DNA from: an uncultured Gemmatimonadales bacterium
Lineage (GTDB): Bacteria > Gemmatimonadota > Gemmatimonadetes > Gemmatimonadales > Gemmatimonadaceae
DNA length: 64,000 nucleotides
NCBI GenBank assembly: GCA_963707505.1
Contig: CAVPQB010000006.1
Coordinates: forward strand, 96,001-160,000
Reading direction: 5' to 3'
This document shows positions 1 to 11,987 of the stretch, in pieces. Made by a program: the position numbers and the translations under genes. A model generated the notes under the pieces. The model saw only the letters and a list, made by a program, of their open reading frames with translations. It did not search any database and was not told the origin of the DNA. Numbering within the stretch: position 1 is the first letter of the stretch; the number at the start of each line of letters is the position of its first letter.

Positions 1-306
1 GCTCGGGGCGACGTCGCTGCATTTGGCACGGCGGTGGCGGAATCCCAGCGCGGAGCGGAGCGCGCGCTGGAGAATCAGATTCCGGAGACGGTCGCGCTGG
101 TGCGTCGCGCTCGCACGATAGGGGCTGTCGCCGCGTCGGCATTTGGGGCTGGCTTCGGCGGCAGCGTGTGGGCGCTGGTCGACTCAGCATCCGCCGACGA
201 TTTCCGCCGCGAATGGATGGAGCGCTATCATCTTGCGTTCCCGGAACGTGCAGACCAGTCGGATTTTTTCAGCACGCGTGCCGGCCCCGCGGCGACGGCA
301 CTGTAG
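1..306 (+). CDS. galK: Galactokinase/GHMP kinase, C-terminal part (5'-truncated by window)
   Basis: Frame open from base 1; GHMP C-terminal motif AASAFGAGFGGSVWALV. Confidence 0.7.
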   Translation, partial: ARGDVAAFGTAVAESQRGAERALENQIPETVALVRRARTIGAVAASAFGAGFGGSVWALVDSASADDFRREWMERYHLAFPERADQSDFFSTRAGPAATAL

Positions 307-346
307 AGTCGGCGTTTGCTGCGTTCGCCGAGCCGACGAGCCACTG

Positions 347-3300
347 TTACTCCGCCCCGCTCCACCGTATGCGATGAATTTCACTCGTCGCGGAATGCTG
401 CGATAGCGCCGTCAGTATCGCTTCGTACGCACGAATCTGTTTGTTGTACTTGGACTCCCGGGTTGCCCACTCGTCGCCGGTCGCTGCATCGGTCTTCCAA
501 TCCACGACCAGCCATTCATCATCCGTCAACGCCGCGGCGTCGATCACGCCTTCGGTCAGCATCAACGCAGTGCCATCTTCCCCAACGCGCATGACCGGGA
601 GCTCGAATCGCGCGCTGCCATTGCGCGTCAATCGCTTCCAGACGTCGGACTGCTGCAGATCGACGATAAGCGCTTCAAGCTGAGCGGCGTGATCATCGCT
701 CAGTTTTTCATCGGACGCGACGGCTGCAGCGAAGGCACGGAGCGATTGACCTGCCCGTCCGCATCCAGCACCCTCGATGCACCGATGAACTGCGCGTCCC
801 CAGGCCGCTCCCCGTCCGTTGTCGCGCGGCAGATCATACGTACGAGAGACTCTCGCGTTGCTCCCGTGCCGACTCTGTAACCGTCTGCCGTATGATCGAT
901 GCTTCGCTTGCTCGCGCTACGCGACCCGTCGCGGCAGCGATGGCGTCGACGATTTCGCGTAGCGTGCGATCCGTAGCACGTCGCCCCGGGCGCCGGAGTC
1001 GGTTGCATTACTGTCTGCCTGCCGATGGCGGTCAGTACATTACCGAACGGCGACCATGCCGACGTGTCCAGCCTGTCTTCGGTTGACGTTTTCAACTTGG
1101 GATATTCGCACCGCGCGATCACCAGCTCGCTCATCGCCCGCGTTGCCGCGACGTAACGCAGTCGCTCGCGTTCCGCGTCTTCAAACCTCGCGTTCTGTAG
1201 CTGCCATCGCAGCCCATCCGGACGGCTTGGCAATCGTGCGTCTCTCGAACGAGACGACGATCCCGCCACTCGCCGAGCCCGACGTCGCCGCGAGTGATGT
1301 GCACTTCGGGAGGGAAATCCGGTACTGGAACCGGAGCCGCCAGGATCACTACCTTCGCTTCCAGACCTTTTGCCTTGTGCAGGTTCATTACGCGAACCGC
1401 ATCGGTCCGACCCGGCCTGAGCGGAGCGTCGTCGGAATCCTGGGTAAGCGAGCAGCTCGATGCGATCCATCGCGTCCGCAATTCCCGACGCACCGGTCAT
1501 CGATGCATCCGCTCAGTGTATCTACGATCCGGAGAAGGGCGCCGGCACGAGCATCGCCGAGCGTCTGGCTCGCGGCGAAGTAGAGCATGCCCCGTGTCGT
1601 CCAGAATCCGCTCCAGAGCACGTCGGCCGCCTGCCGCTGCGAAACCTTCCACCACTCGTGCAATTGGCGCAGCGACCGCGCACCACGATCTGTCGCTTGT
1701 GTCCGGCGGACGCGTCGACTCGGAATCGAATGCCCGGCGTACGCGCGCTTCGTACAGATCCGCCGGTCCACAGCCGAAGAACAGTCCCTCCAGCGCCGCT
1801 ACGACGGCATGGGATTGTCGGGATCGGCAATCGCGCGCAACACCACCAGCAGCTCGGTGAGCTCCTGCTTCCTGCGGGAGCTTCGCACCGGACAGTTGTA
1901 ACCGGAATGTTGCGGGCTGCGAGCGCGCGCGCATAACTGGCACAGGGTGCCGTCGCTCGCGGTGAGTATCAGAAAGTCGCCTGGCACGCATTCTCCACTC
2001 GCACGCGCGCCGCTATCCATGACGCGACTTGCGTAGCGTCGTTCCCGACTATCGACCATTTGTCGCGCTTCTCCGGCCGCACCCAGTACTCGCTCACACC
2101 ATCATCCGCGCCCGCGTCCTTCTCGCGAATGCATTGGCGTGAACGGTGCCTGCACGCCGTCGCGGAGTCGCGACGCGGAAAACACGTCCCTGAAAGTAGC
2201 GATTGACGAAGTCACCGATTGGTGTCACCGAACGAAAGTTGCGCGTCAGCGCAAGCACTACTCCGTGCTCCGCCATACGCGACTTCGCGAATTCATACAC
2301 CTGAATGTCCGCACGCCGAAAGCGATAGATGCTCTGCTTGGGATCACCGACGAGAAATATCCCGCCGGCGCGCGGCGTCACTCTGCGCCAGTCGGTCCCC
2401 TCGGACGATTCGGACGCGAGCAGAAAACACACCTCGGCCTGAATCGGATCAGTGTCCTGAAATTCGTCGACGAGCAGACGTCTGTACCGCTCACCGAGCG
2501 CGTCGCGCACCGCGAGGATGCTCACGCAGCAAGCGTGGCCGAGAGCATCAGCAGATCCTCGAAGCCGAGCTGCCCCGTCTCGTGACGCTCACGCGCGAAG
2601 TCCTGCTGACGCACGCTTGAGAAAGCGCATCACAGGTCGGATATCGACACTCGTACCAGCAGGCGAGCAGCGTCCGCTATCTCGCCGTCAAGCAGCGAGG
2701 CGAAATCCTGCGCCGAGCATCTTCGCCGCGGTTCTGGTCGTCTTGTCGTCGCTCCAGCGTTTCTGCGTGACGCCGCAGGCCGATTGCAGTGATCTGCTCC
2801 AGTGCGGCACAGAACGTCGCGATGTCGCTCCAGTCGTCGCTCGCGGCGCTGGTATTCGAGACGGTTGACCAGAGTCATCAGCGTCATCCCACCCGTCCGC
2901 CGGCTCGTCCTTCGGCATCATCTCATGCGCACGCGCGAGAGTGCCTCGAGCTTGTCTCGACAGGCGGCGCCGTCTCGGTGCGGCCCGTTTCGACGAGCGG
3001 GAAGTCGACGTCCATGTACTTCATGCACGCGTTTGAAACCGTCGTACAGCGACTGTGGCTCGACGCCCATCGCGGCCAGGCTGGCGAGCATCTCGTCGCC
3101 GTTTACTTGCAGCGCTCGAGCCACCGGTTCCAGAACGCGCGGCACAATTCGTCCCATCCGTTGTCGCTTACCTCGGCGAAATTCGGGTCCAGCGAAATTT
3201 CGAGCGGATGCTCGCGAAGAATGCGCGCGCAGAACGAGTGTATCGTGCCAAGAAATGCACGATCGATATCGTGAAGCGCGCGATCGCAGCGTAGCCATGC

Positions 3301-3591
3301 TTCGCTCTCGGGTTCCAGCGCACGCAACTCCGTTTCCAGCTTGATCTGAAACCTCTCCCTCAACTCGTTGGCAGCCTTCCTGGTGAACGTGACAGCCGCG
3401 ATTCGCTCTACGGGCTCCCCACTCACGATAAGAGCGTGCATGCGGCCCGATCAGCGACGTTGTCTTGCCGGAGCCGGCGCCGGCCTCCACGAGCATGTTA
3501 CTGTCGAGATCGGTGAGAATCCGTTGCGCGCGGCGGCCTCGTCACTTGCCGGTGGCGCGTAGTCGTTCCGGAGGACGGTGCCTACGCTCAC
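347..3591 (-). CDS. addA: AddA-type UvrD/SF1 helicase-nuclease (several frameshifts)
   Basis: Motifs spread over ORF fragments: EAGAGSGKT, VTFTRKAANEL, TIHSFC, VDEFQDT, VGDPKQSIYRFRRAD, NFRS, HKAKGLE, YVAATRA, C-terminal nuclease GVID..VDWKT..Q..AY; GTG at 3591 overlaps the upstream TGA, SD GGAG. Confidence 0.85.
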
Positions 3592-6500
3592 GTTGTCTCC
3601 TGTCCGGTGCGGCGCTCCAGCATGCCACTATACGCGTCGATCGTTTCCGCGTTCTCCCGCGCCCACTCGGCACGTGGCGAGCTCACTTTCCCGTATTTGT
3701 CTTCACTGATTCGACAGATCGGCCGCGCGCCGCAGTACTTGCAATCCTTCGGCACTGGTGGTTGCGATGAACGTGCCGTCGCGAACATGCTCCAGCAGCT
3801 GCGTCACTATCGGACGCGCTTCCGCGAGCTCACCGGAATCGTACGTGATAATCTGATTCTGCCCACGCTCCGTAGGAAATCTGTATTCGAAGCGTGCGAC
3901 CGGACCGTCAGCAATTCCTGCAACACGCCGGCGTAGATCGCGGCCTGCAGTTGCCTGCCGCCGTTGAACAGACCCATCTTCGCGATCTTGCGATATCGAA
4001 CCGCTCTTCCCGTCTTGTAGTCGATTACTCGAAACCAGCCCGCGTCCATCGCGTCGATACGATCGACTCTTCCCTTTATCGCAAGCGAGCTTCCGTCAGT
4101 GAGCGAGTAACGTGCGCTTCGTTCATCATTTCCGAAGGCGTACTCGAGATATCGCCAGGTGCCCCCATCGCCAGTGGCGAGTGCATCGCGTTCCATCTGC
4201 AGGAAGGACGACGCGGCGCGCTTCAGCTCGTTCACCTCCTGCTCGAGAACCACATCTCCCGGCGGCGGAACTTCCGCCCGCCAGCGCGCAATGACCTCAC
4301 CTGCAATCACCGCCATCTCCTCTGATGCAGCCGGAGTTGCAAGAGCCCCGCGTCGGCCGAGAAATCGAGTACGCAAACTGCTCGAATATCTCGTGCAACA
4401 GCGCTCCTCGCTGCGCGGAATCGAGCCATGCATCGGGATCATATTCCGGATCTTCGGGCGCGCGGAGCCCCAAGCCATAGTGATAGAACCACGATAGCGG
4501 ACACGCCGCGAGCTGCTCGAGCGCCGACGGTGAGATCGGTCGATCCGGCCTGTTGCGCGGATCCAGTGCTCCCGCAGCACGCCAGGCACCATCCCGGTGA
4601 ATTGCGTGAGCGTCGGCGACTGCGCCTCGATACGCGCTCTGATCCCTGCATCCAGTGCTTGGAAGCATCCGCGCACAAGCGTCTCGCCGTCCAGCAGGAT
4701 CGCGCCAGCAGACAGTGCCCCGAGCCACACGTCTCTCGTGTCGAGCAACTCTGAAATACCTGCAGCACGGTCTGGAACGGCCGAAGCTGGTGACCCCAGA
4801 CGCATCACGCAGGTCCGCATAGGACAGCTTGCTTTCATTGTCGAGTACCCGCCGCAGTCGCAGCATCTCCGGTGCTGGTCCCGCTTCGCCGGAATCCAAA
4901 GATCGTGTTGCGGCGTACGACAGCGTTACACGACCACGCAGCGGATGCCAACGCGCTTCCGATCAGATTGGCGCGCTCCTCACGCCGCTGCATCGTGGTT
5001 GACAGCGCATCGTTCCCAAGCGCCGCCCGAACTGTGTCCGGGATCAGCGGATCCTGTCTCGACGACCCCCCTGTCGCGTCGGCGTCGAATCCGACGAAGA
5101 ACACTCGGGAGCGACCCGTCGTCGCTGCATGCGAGATGTCGGTGAGATGCACCATGCCGCCGGCAGTGCTCCACGGCTTGGAGTCGCTCGTGAAGAGCGG
5201 CCACGCGCGCACATCACTGAGCGCGTCACGCAGCGTCGCAAGCGCCGCTCCGAATGTCGTCTCGACGCCATCGAGATCAGCAAGCTCCTGCAACCGGATA
5301 CGCACACGCTCGAGTGTTTGCAGCTCCGCCTCGCCGTACACGCGCGCAAGAGCGAGCCATCCGAGTGCGGCAGTAGCGAGCGCTGACACGGATGATCTGA
5401 CCATCGTATCACCGCCGCGCTCCGGAACGCGAGGCGTCACTCCGAGAAGCGCCAGCAGCAATGTTCGCAGCGCGGTAGCCGACCGGAGGCCCGATGCGAC
5501 TCGTGCGAGGTATTCGTCGTCCGATTCGTCCGTACGTTGGCGAATCCGTGGATCTGCATCCGACGCCCCCAGCTGTCGCACGGCAGCCTCGTATCGCTCC
5601 CGTCCCCAGCCAATACGAAGCTCACGCAGCACACGAGCTAGAATCACTGGCTCGACATCCATATTCGCGCCCAGTTCTCCCGCCTCCAGCGCTTCTCGCA
5701 GGAGATCGGCGGGCAATCCGTCGCCAAGCCATGTGAAACATCGCTCGAGTATCCGCCCCAACCGTGTCCGCGCGAGCGGGATTCCATGCGACATCGTTCC
5801 ACCGACGCCAATCTGCTGGCACAACACGTCCAGTGCTACTCCATACGCATCAACATTTGTTGATACGATTTCGACGTCGTCCCAACGCCTTCCCTCCGCG
5901 ATCACCCTGCGGAATACCTCTCGCAGCTCGTCGCCGGGAGTTGCCGCCACGAACATGTCGACCGATGGTGACATTGACGTCCACGGAGTCGCCATCGAGT
6001 CTCTGTGCGCCGGATGAGATGAGGCGCGCGAGAAATGCTCCCGGTAATCCATGCTCCGCGAGTGACGGCGCCAGGAGCAGGCGACCCCCAAGACAGTACT
6101 GCGCCTGATCGTCGAAATTCCTGAGAGCGGTCGCGAATACTCCAGCCGAGTCGGTCGTGCCATGCTCGAGCAGAAGCGCCTCGTATTCGCTCAGACACCG
6201 CTGCGACTTGGCGCGCTGGTGAGCCTGTCCACGGTCGCGCGTACGAGTGCGGCGGGCGTCACGCCCCCCACGCGCAGCTCGAGCACCGAATCACGCAACG
6301 TCTCTCGGAATCCCACGCTGCGGCCGAGCAGCGCGAAATCACGGGTGACGACATTCTTCTCGATCGCGATATCCAGCGAGCGATTCACAAGTACGCGAAT
6401 CTTGACGTCGCTGCCGACCTCGACCCCCGCTGCATGCAGTGGCACGAACGCGATCTCACCAGCAATCCGCCGCAGGCTCGTCGCCTGCCAACCGATCCAG

Positions 6501-6655
6501 CCACCGGTGCGGCGTGCCAGCGCGGCGAGCAGCTCGCGCCCGTAGTTCACATCCGGCCCTACGAGGCGCTTGGACTCATAGGGATGTGCCAGCGTCTCCG
6601 ATTCGAGAGACGCGACGAGGCGACTTGCCTCCACGCGCTCGCTCGTCGAGCTCAA
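3588..6655 (-). CDS. addB: AddB-type PD-(D/E)XK nuclease subunit (several frameshifts)
   Basis: SPSALEQLAACPLSWFY, RGALLHEIFE, GRVDRID, IDYKTG, QLQAAIY, and C-terminal CKYCGARPIC (Fe-S staple cysteines); directly upstream of addA. Confidence 0.8.
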
Positions 6656-6659
6656 AGCG

Positions 6660-8401
6660 TCATTGCTTCCACCCCGCCCCTCGCACCGCCCTTCCCGGCT
6701 TCGCGTTCGTCACCGCCCCATGGCTTACGACGGCGGTCCCGTTCACGAATACATCCTGTATTCCCGCAGACAACTGGTGCGGCCTGTCGTACGTCGCACG
6801 GTCGATCACCGTCTTCGGATCGAGCACCACCACATCTGCGAAGAAACCAGCGCGTAGCTGTCCGCGCTCGCGCAGTCCCAGCCTGTCGGCCGGCAACGAC
6901 GTCATCTTCCGAACGGCATCCTCCAGCGTGAGCAGCTTCTGCTCGCGAACGTATCGCCCGAGTATACGCGGGAAGCTTCCGTACGCGCGCGGATGCGTGA
7001 GTCCCTTGAGCGAGTCCGCTGGATTCCATGCTTCGGCATCGGTGCCGAACATCATCCACGGCTTCTGCATCTCCATTGCAACGTTGGATTCGTTCATCGA
7101 GAACGTCACGCGACCTGGCGTATCGCCTGCAAGCAGTATCTCGACGACTGCGTGCTGCCATGTAGTTCCCATCGACTTGGCGATCTCCGACAGTCGTTTG
7201 CCCTCGTACTTCTTGAATTGGGGCTTCGTGAATCCGACCACCATTATCTGATCCGGCGCGATTCCCTGACAATCGGCAGTGACTCCCGAGCGACGCGTCG
7301 GCCATCTCGCGCTCGATGCGCGCACTCTTGGTCGAATCACGCAGATTCTCCAGTAGCTTTCCATTTGCGGATACATACGGTGGAACGCAGGACGCCAACC
7401 CGTTGGACGATGCAGGATACGGATACATCGTCGCTGTCACGTCCTCTCCCGCCGCGCGCGCCGAATCGATCTTCGCAAGCAGCGCCGGCTCCTTGAACCA
7501 GTTCCTGGGCCCTGCCGCCTTTAGATGGTAGAGAATCACTGGCACTCCGCCCTCGCGCCCGATCCGCATGGCTTCATCGGTCGCTTCAAGAAGCGAGTCA
7601 TCCTCCGAGCGCATGTGCGTGATGTACGTTCCGTGAAATGGAGACATCGCGCGCGCGATCTCTATCAGCTCCGGCGTGCCTGCGTATGAGCCCGGCGGAT
7701 AGATCAGCGCGCTCGCAACCCCAAACGCGCCATCACGCATCGCGTCGCGAACGACTCGGCGCATCGTATCGAGCTGCGCCGCGGAAGGCGCTCCAGGCGC
7801 CGCACCCATCGCGTACGCGCGCACGGTCTCCGCGCCGAGATACGAACCGACGTTAACCGCAACGCCGTGATGCTCCATCGCATCCAGCCACGCGCTGAAC
7901 CCGTGCTCTCCGGTGAATCCGTGCATCGCACGTATCATCGCCGTATCTGATGACGACGCCGTTGCAGAATCCAACGCCAATATCTTCTCGTTCGCCGGCG
8001 CCGGCGTGCTGCCCTCACCGAGTATTTCGGATGTGACGCCCTGCGTGATCTTGCTGATCGCGCGACCATCTCCATTCACGAACGCGTCGGCAGATTGCCC
8101 CTGCATGTCGATGAAGCCGGGTGTGACTACGAAGCCCTCTTGCGTCGATGCGATGTGTCGCCTTCGCGGAGTCGAGCGCGTGTGGCGGCGCTACAGCGGC
8201 GATCCGGTCACCGCGAATTGCTACGTCCGCGTAATACCACGGATTACCGGTCCCATCCACTACTCGGCCGTTGGCTATGATGACGTCGAACGGGCCGGAG
8301 AAATCGGTAGGCGTAGAAGTGCTGCCCGTACCAGCCCGCGTACAACCGCCAAGGAGAAGGATCGTCGCCAGCCACCCGGCACCACACCGAACTTTGTGCA
8401 T
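6660..8401 (-). CDS. N-acyl-D-amino-acid deacylase family amidohydrolase, lipoprotein-like (frameshifted)
   Basis: NGRVVDGTGNPW, PGFID, THMRSE, YHLK, GTDA, HPRAYGSFPR, KMTSLPA, ADVVVLDP; signal ending LLLGGC. Confidence 0.85.
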
Positions 8402-8465
8402 TTCACACCCCGAAGAATGACGCGCAAAACATAGACGTCGCTTCGTGCACTGTGCAAGATGCAAA

Positions 8466-8499
8466 CGGCGGCGAGATCGATGTTTCGGTCTCGCCGCCG
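8466..8499 (-). terminator. Hairpin terminator after the M14 peptidase gene
   Basis: cggcggcgagatcga-tgtt-tcggtctcgccgccg, followed by TTT on the minus strand. Confidence 0.55.
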
Positions 8500-8536
8500 G
8501 ATGTCGCCCTAAAAACCCAGTTTCAGTTTGTGAGAC

Positions 8537-11365
8537 CTACTTCGCCCCGCCTCCGTAAATCCCGTTGAAGAGAAAGCGGAACGTCCCGTGCGGCTGCGCA
8601 CGGAAGGTGATCTCCGGCCCGAACAGGAAGAGCTGCCCCTGTCCAACCTTCGCTTCCGCAATCGCGACTGCGCCATCGAGATAATTCTGACCCCATGCCC
8701 AACCGCTGCGCAGCGGATGATCCGAATCGAACCACGCCACCGGATGAACGCCCTTGAGAGCAGCATCGGGCGCCAGACGGAACGCCGGACTGTTGTCGAA
8801 AAAGACATCCATATGCGACGGAGCGCCGGCAGCGATGCCGAGGTTGTTGTTCACGGCCACGCTGAGTACAGATCCAGGCACGTAGAACTTGTCGCCCGGC
8901 AGCGGACGCGTCTTCCCGTTCGGCGATTGCTCGACGAGCGCATTGCCCACCGGCAGGCCAATCATCGACGCCAGAGACGTCGATCCGCCGATCGTGATCA
9001 CGTTACCACCCTGCTCCATGAACTTCTTGAGCATCGGCGCGCTCTTCTCAGCAGAGAGGCGCCCCGTCATGTGTTGATATTCCTGCGGAATGTCGCGTTC
9101 GCGCGACGCACCGCCGAATCCGCGTGCGCTTGCGTCACTCAGCGCACCGGATGGAAGAATCAACGCGTCGAACTTGCCATCGAGCTTGCCACCGTCGATA
9201 TCCTGCGGATACACCAGCGTGTACGGGAACTCGAACTGCTCCAGCATCCAGCGGATCTGACCCGACGGCATCGATCCACCGTACGTATCCCACAGCGCAA
9301 GCCGCTCCTGCTTGAGCTTGGTGTCGTTTGCCGTCGCGCGTGTGCTCGTTCCCTGGAAGCTCACTCCGAGCTCCTTCGCTGCTTTCGTGATCACAGGCAT
9401 CGCAACCGATCCAGCAGCGACGTAGAACGTTCCGGCCGGATAAGTCTTCCCGTGAGCGGTGACCGGCTCTTTGAGCCAGTACACGTCAGCGTGATTCTTG
9501 AGCAGGCGATTCACTACCGTGAACGCGTCGTTCTCTGCGTGCGAGAACAGGAATCCCGCTGCACCACCTGCATCTGCCACGGTACCCGCCGGCGGGCTTG
9601 CAAGTCCGTTCACAGTCTCGAATGGTCCGTTAAAGGCATCCAGGATGCGATCGAAGTGCACGCCCATCATGTAGGCGAGCGTGTAGCCGGTGTTGTCGTA
9701 CGGCCGCGTCGGCGGACCGCCGGGATACGGAAAGTCGTTCGGATGATCCTGCGGCTCGAACATGTCCATCACATATGGACGGAATGCCTGCGCCGTCTTC
9801 ACGACGAACGATCCGGCGGGATACTGCTTGCCGTTCACGGTGAATGGCGCCGTCGCGCGCTGCACTGTAATGCCATTGTGCCGCAGCGTGTTGACGAACT
9901 TCACTGCGGTGAGAAAGTCGGGCTGATCAGTCGTGATTATGTAGCCGCGTGGATCACGCATTGCTGGATCGTGAAGCACACTGGCGTAGTACTTGTCATC
10001 TACTCCCCGTGAACGCCCCGCCGCCGCGGCCGCCGCCCCGCGCGTGCCGCGTGCGCCGGTCTGATCAGCCGCAACGGCGGAATCCACTGCAGCGATCCGG
10101 TCACCCGAGATGGTCCACGTGTCGTGATTCCCCTTCTCGATCGAATTGCGGCCCATCGCGTACAGGTCGTACAGGAACTCATCCTTCTGTCGAGACGCAA
10201 GATCGAGCACCGCGTAGTTCGCCGTTACCTCGTAGTCGATCGACTGCTTGAAGTGCCATTCCTGTGGCGCAATCGGATACGGCACATCGCCGCGCGGAAG
10301 CTGCATCTCCGGAACGAACGGAATCTTCTCCGGCGTTGGATTGCCGATCGCTTCGGTGAGCAAGCCAATCATGTTGTGGAAGTACGGCGTGGTGCGCAGT
10401 CCGCCATTCCACCACGTCGAATAGTTCGCCGCGGAGCGCGTCACGACCCCCGGCTTGTGCTCTCGATTGAATCTGTCGTGCATCGCCGCGCCGATCAGAT
10501 CCAGATCGGTGGCGATCATCGGATCGTAGTTGTAGTTGAACGGATCTCTGAACGGCGGCGAGAACATCACCGCGCCAGCAGGGCCGGTCTGGTGGTGGTT
10601 GTAAACGATCTGTGGAAACCACTCCCAGTACAGCACATGGTTGATGTTCTTCGTCTCGGCCTGATTCGACATGTAGAAGTCACGGTTGTTGTCGTGTCCC
10701 GTGTACTTCTGCCACAGACGCGGTACATCCTCGTTGCGCTTCAGCGTGTCGGCATCCTTCATGTACCAGTTCGACACCAGCTGCATTCCGTCAGGATTGG
10801 CGTGCACCGCGAGAATTATGCAGTCGTTGAGGATGCGCTTCGTCTCTGGATCGTTGCGACTCAACAGGTCGTATACCGTCTGCATCAGCTGGTGCGCACC
10901 GAGCACCTCGCTCGCGTGCAATCCACCGTCGATCCAGACTACAGCCTTCCCTTCCTCCGCCAGCGCGTGCGCCTGCGCGTCCGTCAGGCCCTCCGCATGC
11001 GCTAGCCGCGCAGAGATTTCCTTGTAGCGATCCAGATGCTTCATGTTCTCCGGCGACGATATGATCGCCATGAGCTGAGTGCGTCCCTCTTCCGTCTTCC
11101 CGATATCAACCAGCTTCATCCGATCGGATTCGCCAGCCAGCTTGTGCCAGTACGCCGAGAACTGATCGTAATTCGCGAGCCAGTAATCGTCACCGATGTT
11201 ATGGCCAAACTGCTGTTTTGGCGTCGTGATCGATGCATTTATCGATGTGTCCGCGGACTGTTGCGCTCGCGCGAGCGACGGAATCACGACTGTACCGGCC
11301 GGCGCCAGTACGATTGCGGCGCCCAGCAATGCTCGGCGCAGGGACTGCCTGGATATCTTCATCAT
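8537..11365 (-). CDS. M14-family zinc carboxypeptidase-like secreted metallopeptidase
   Basis: Signal peptide; GLHASE, NPDG, HDNNRD, YNHHQ motifs; likely start MMKISRQ. Confidence 0.85.
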   Translation of the reverse strand: MMKISRQSLRRALLGAAIVLAPAGTVVIPSLARAQQSADTSINASITTPKQQFGHNIGDDYWLANYDQFSAYWHKLAGESDRMKLVDIGKTEEGRTQLMAIISSPENMKHLDRYKEISARLAHAEGLTDAQAHALAEEGKAVVWIDGGLHASEVLGAHQLMQTVYDLLSRNDPETKRILNDCIILAVHANPDGMQLVSNWYMKDADTLKRNEDVPRLWQKYTGHDNNRDFYMSNQAETKNINHVLYWEWFPQIVYNHHQTGPAGAVMFSPPFRDPFNYNYDPMIATDLDLIGAAMHDRFNREHKPGVVTRSAANYSTWWNGGLRTTPYFHNMIGLLTEAIGNPTPEKIPFVPEMQLPRGDVPYPIAPQEWHFKQSIDYEVTANYAVLDLASRQKDEFLYDLYAMGRNSIEKGNHDTWTISGDRIAAVDSAVAADQTGARGTRGAAAAAAGRSRGVDDKYYASVLHDPAMRDPRGYIITTDQPDFLTAVKFVNTLRHNGITVQRATAPFTVNGKQYPAGSFVVKTAQAFRPYVMDMFEPQDHPNDFPYPGGPPTRPYDNTGYTLAYMMGVHFDRILDAFNGPFETVNGLASPPAGTVADAGGAAGFLFSHAENDAFTVVNRLLKNHADVYWLKEPVTAHGKTYPAGTFYVAAGSVAMPVITKAAKELGVSFQGTSTRATANDTKLKQERLALWDTYGGSMPSGQIRWMLEQFEFPYTLVYPQDIDGGKLDGKFDALILPSGALSDASARGFGGASRERDIPQEYQHMTGRLSAEKSAPMLKKFMEQGGNVITIGGSTSLASMIGLPVGNALVEQSPNGKTRPLPGDKFYVPGSVLSVAVNNNLGIAAGAPSHMDVFFDNSPAFRLAPDAALKGVHPVAWFDSDHPLRSGWAWGQNYLDGAVAIAEAKVGQGQLFLFGPEITFRAQPHGTFRFLFNGIYGGGAK

Positions 11366-11477
11366 CAGGTAGGCGGGATGGGAAGGTGACGAGAGCGCGC
11401 GAGGCGCCCTGCCGAAAATACGCGGTGGAGGGGCCGAGTGATGAAACTCAGTATCCGCGAATCCAACAGGAGCTATC

Positions 11478-11886
11478 ATGCGAGCCGATCGAGCAACGGG
11501 GACGTTCGACGTAAAACTTGCCCCACTCACGAGTTACAACGCCGATGAGACGTCCATTGGACGAATGTCCATCGACAAGCAATTTCACGGAGATCTCGAG
11601 GCGACCAGCAAGGGAGAGATGCTCAGTTCCATGGACCGTGTTGTTGGCTCCGGCGCATACGTTGCCATCGAACGCGTGACGGGCACTCTCGCGGGTCGCC
11701 AGGGCGGCTTTGTCGCTCTATCACATCGGCACGATGGACCGCGGTAAACCGCAGCTATCGGTCAGGGTAGTACCCGACTCAGGCACCGGTCAGCTGACCG
11801 GTCTCACCGGCGCAATGACGATCGACATCGATGCCGGGAATCACTCCTACGGCTTCGACTATTCGCTGCCGGAACTGGACGAATAG
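11478..11886 (+). CDS. DUF3224 family protein (frameshift near 11720)
   Basis: ATGTFDVK..KQFHGDLEATS..YVAIERVTGTL.GR.G.F, continuing in another frame as VVPDSGTGQLTGLTG..HSYGFDYSL; SD GGAG. Confidence 0.8.
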
Positions 11887-11987
11887 TCGCCGATGGCGTT
11901 CCATGTCGCAGCGGTGAACTTCGCCCAGCGTTTCGTCCGAGGTTCCGAAATCGGAAGCGACTTCGTGTGTAGCTGACAAGTCTCGCG

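Noticed and set aside
347..6655. Helicase-nuclease pair as a novel defence system
   Set aside because: Motifs and gene order fit ordinary AddAB recombination repair
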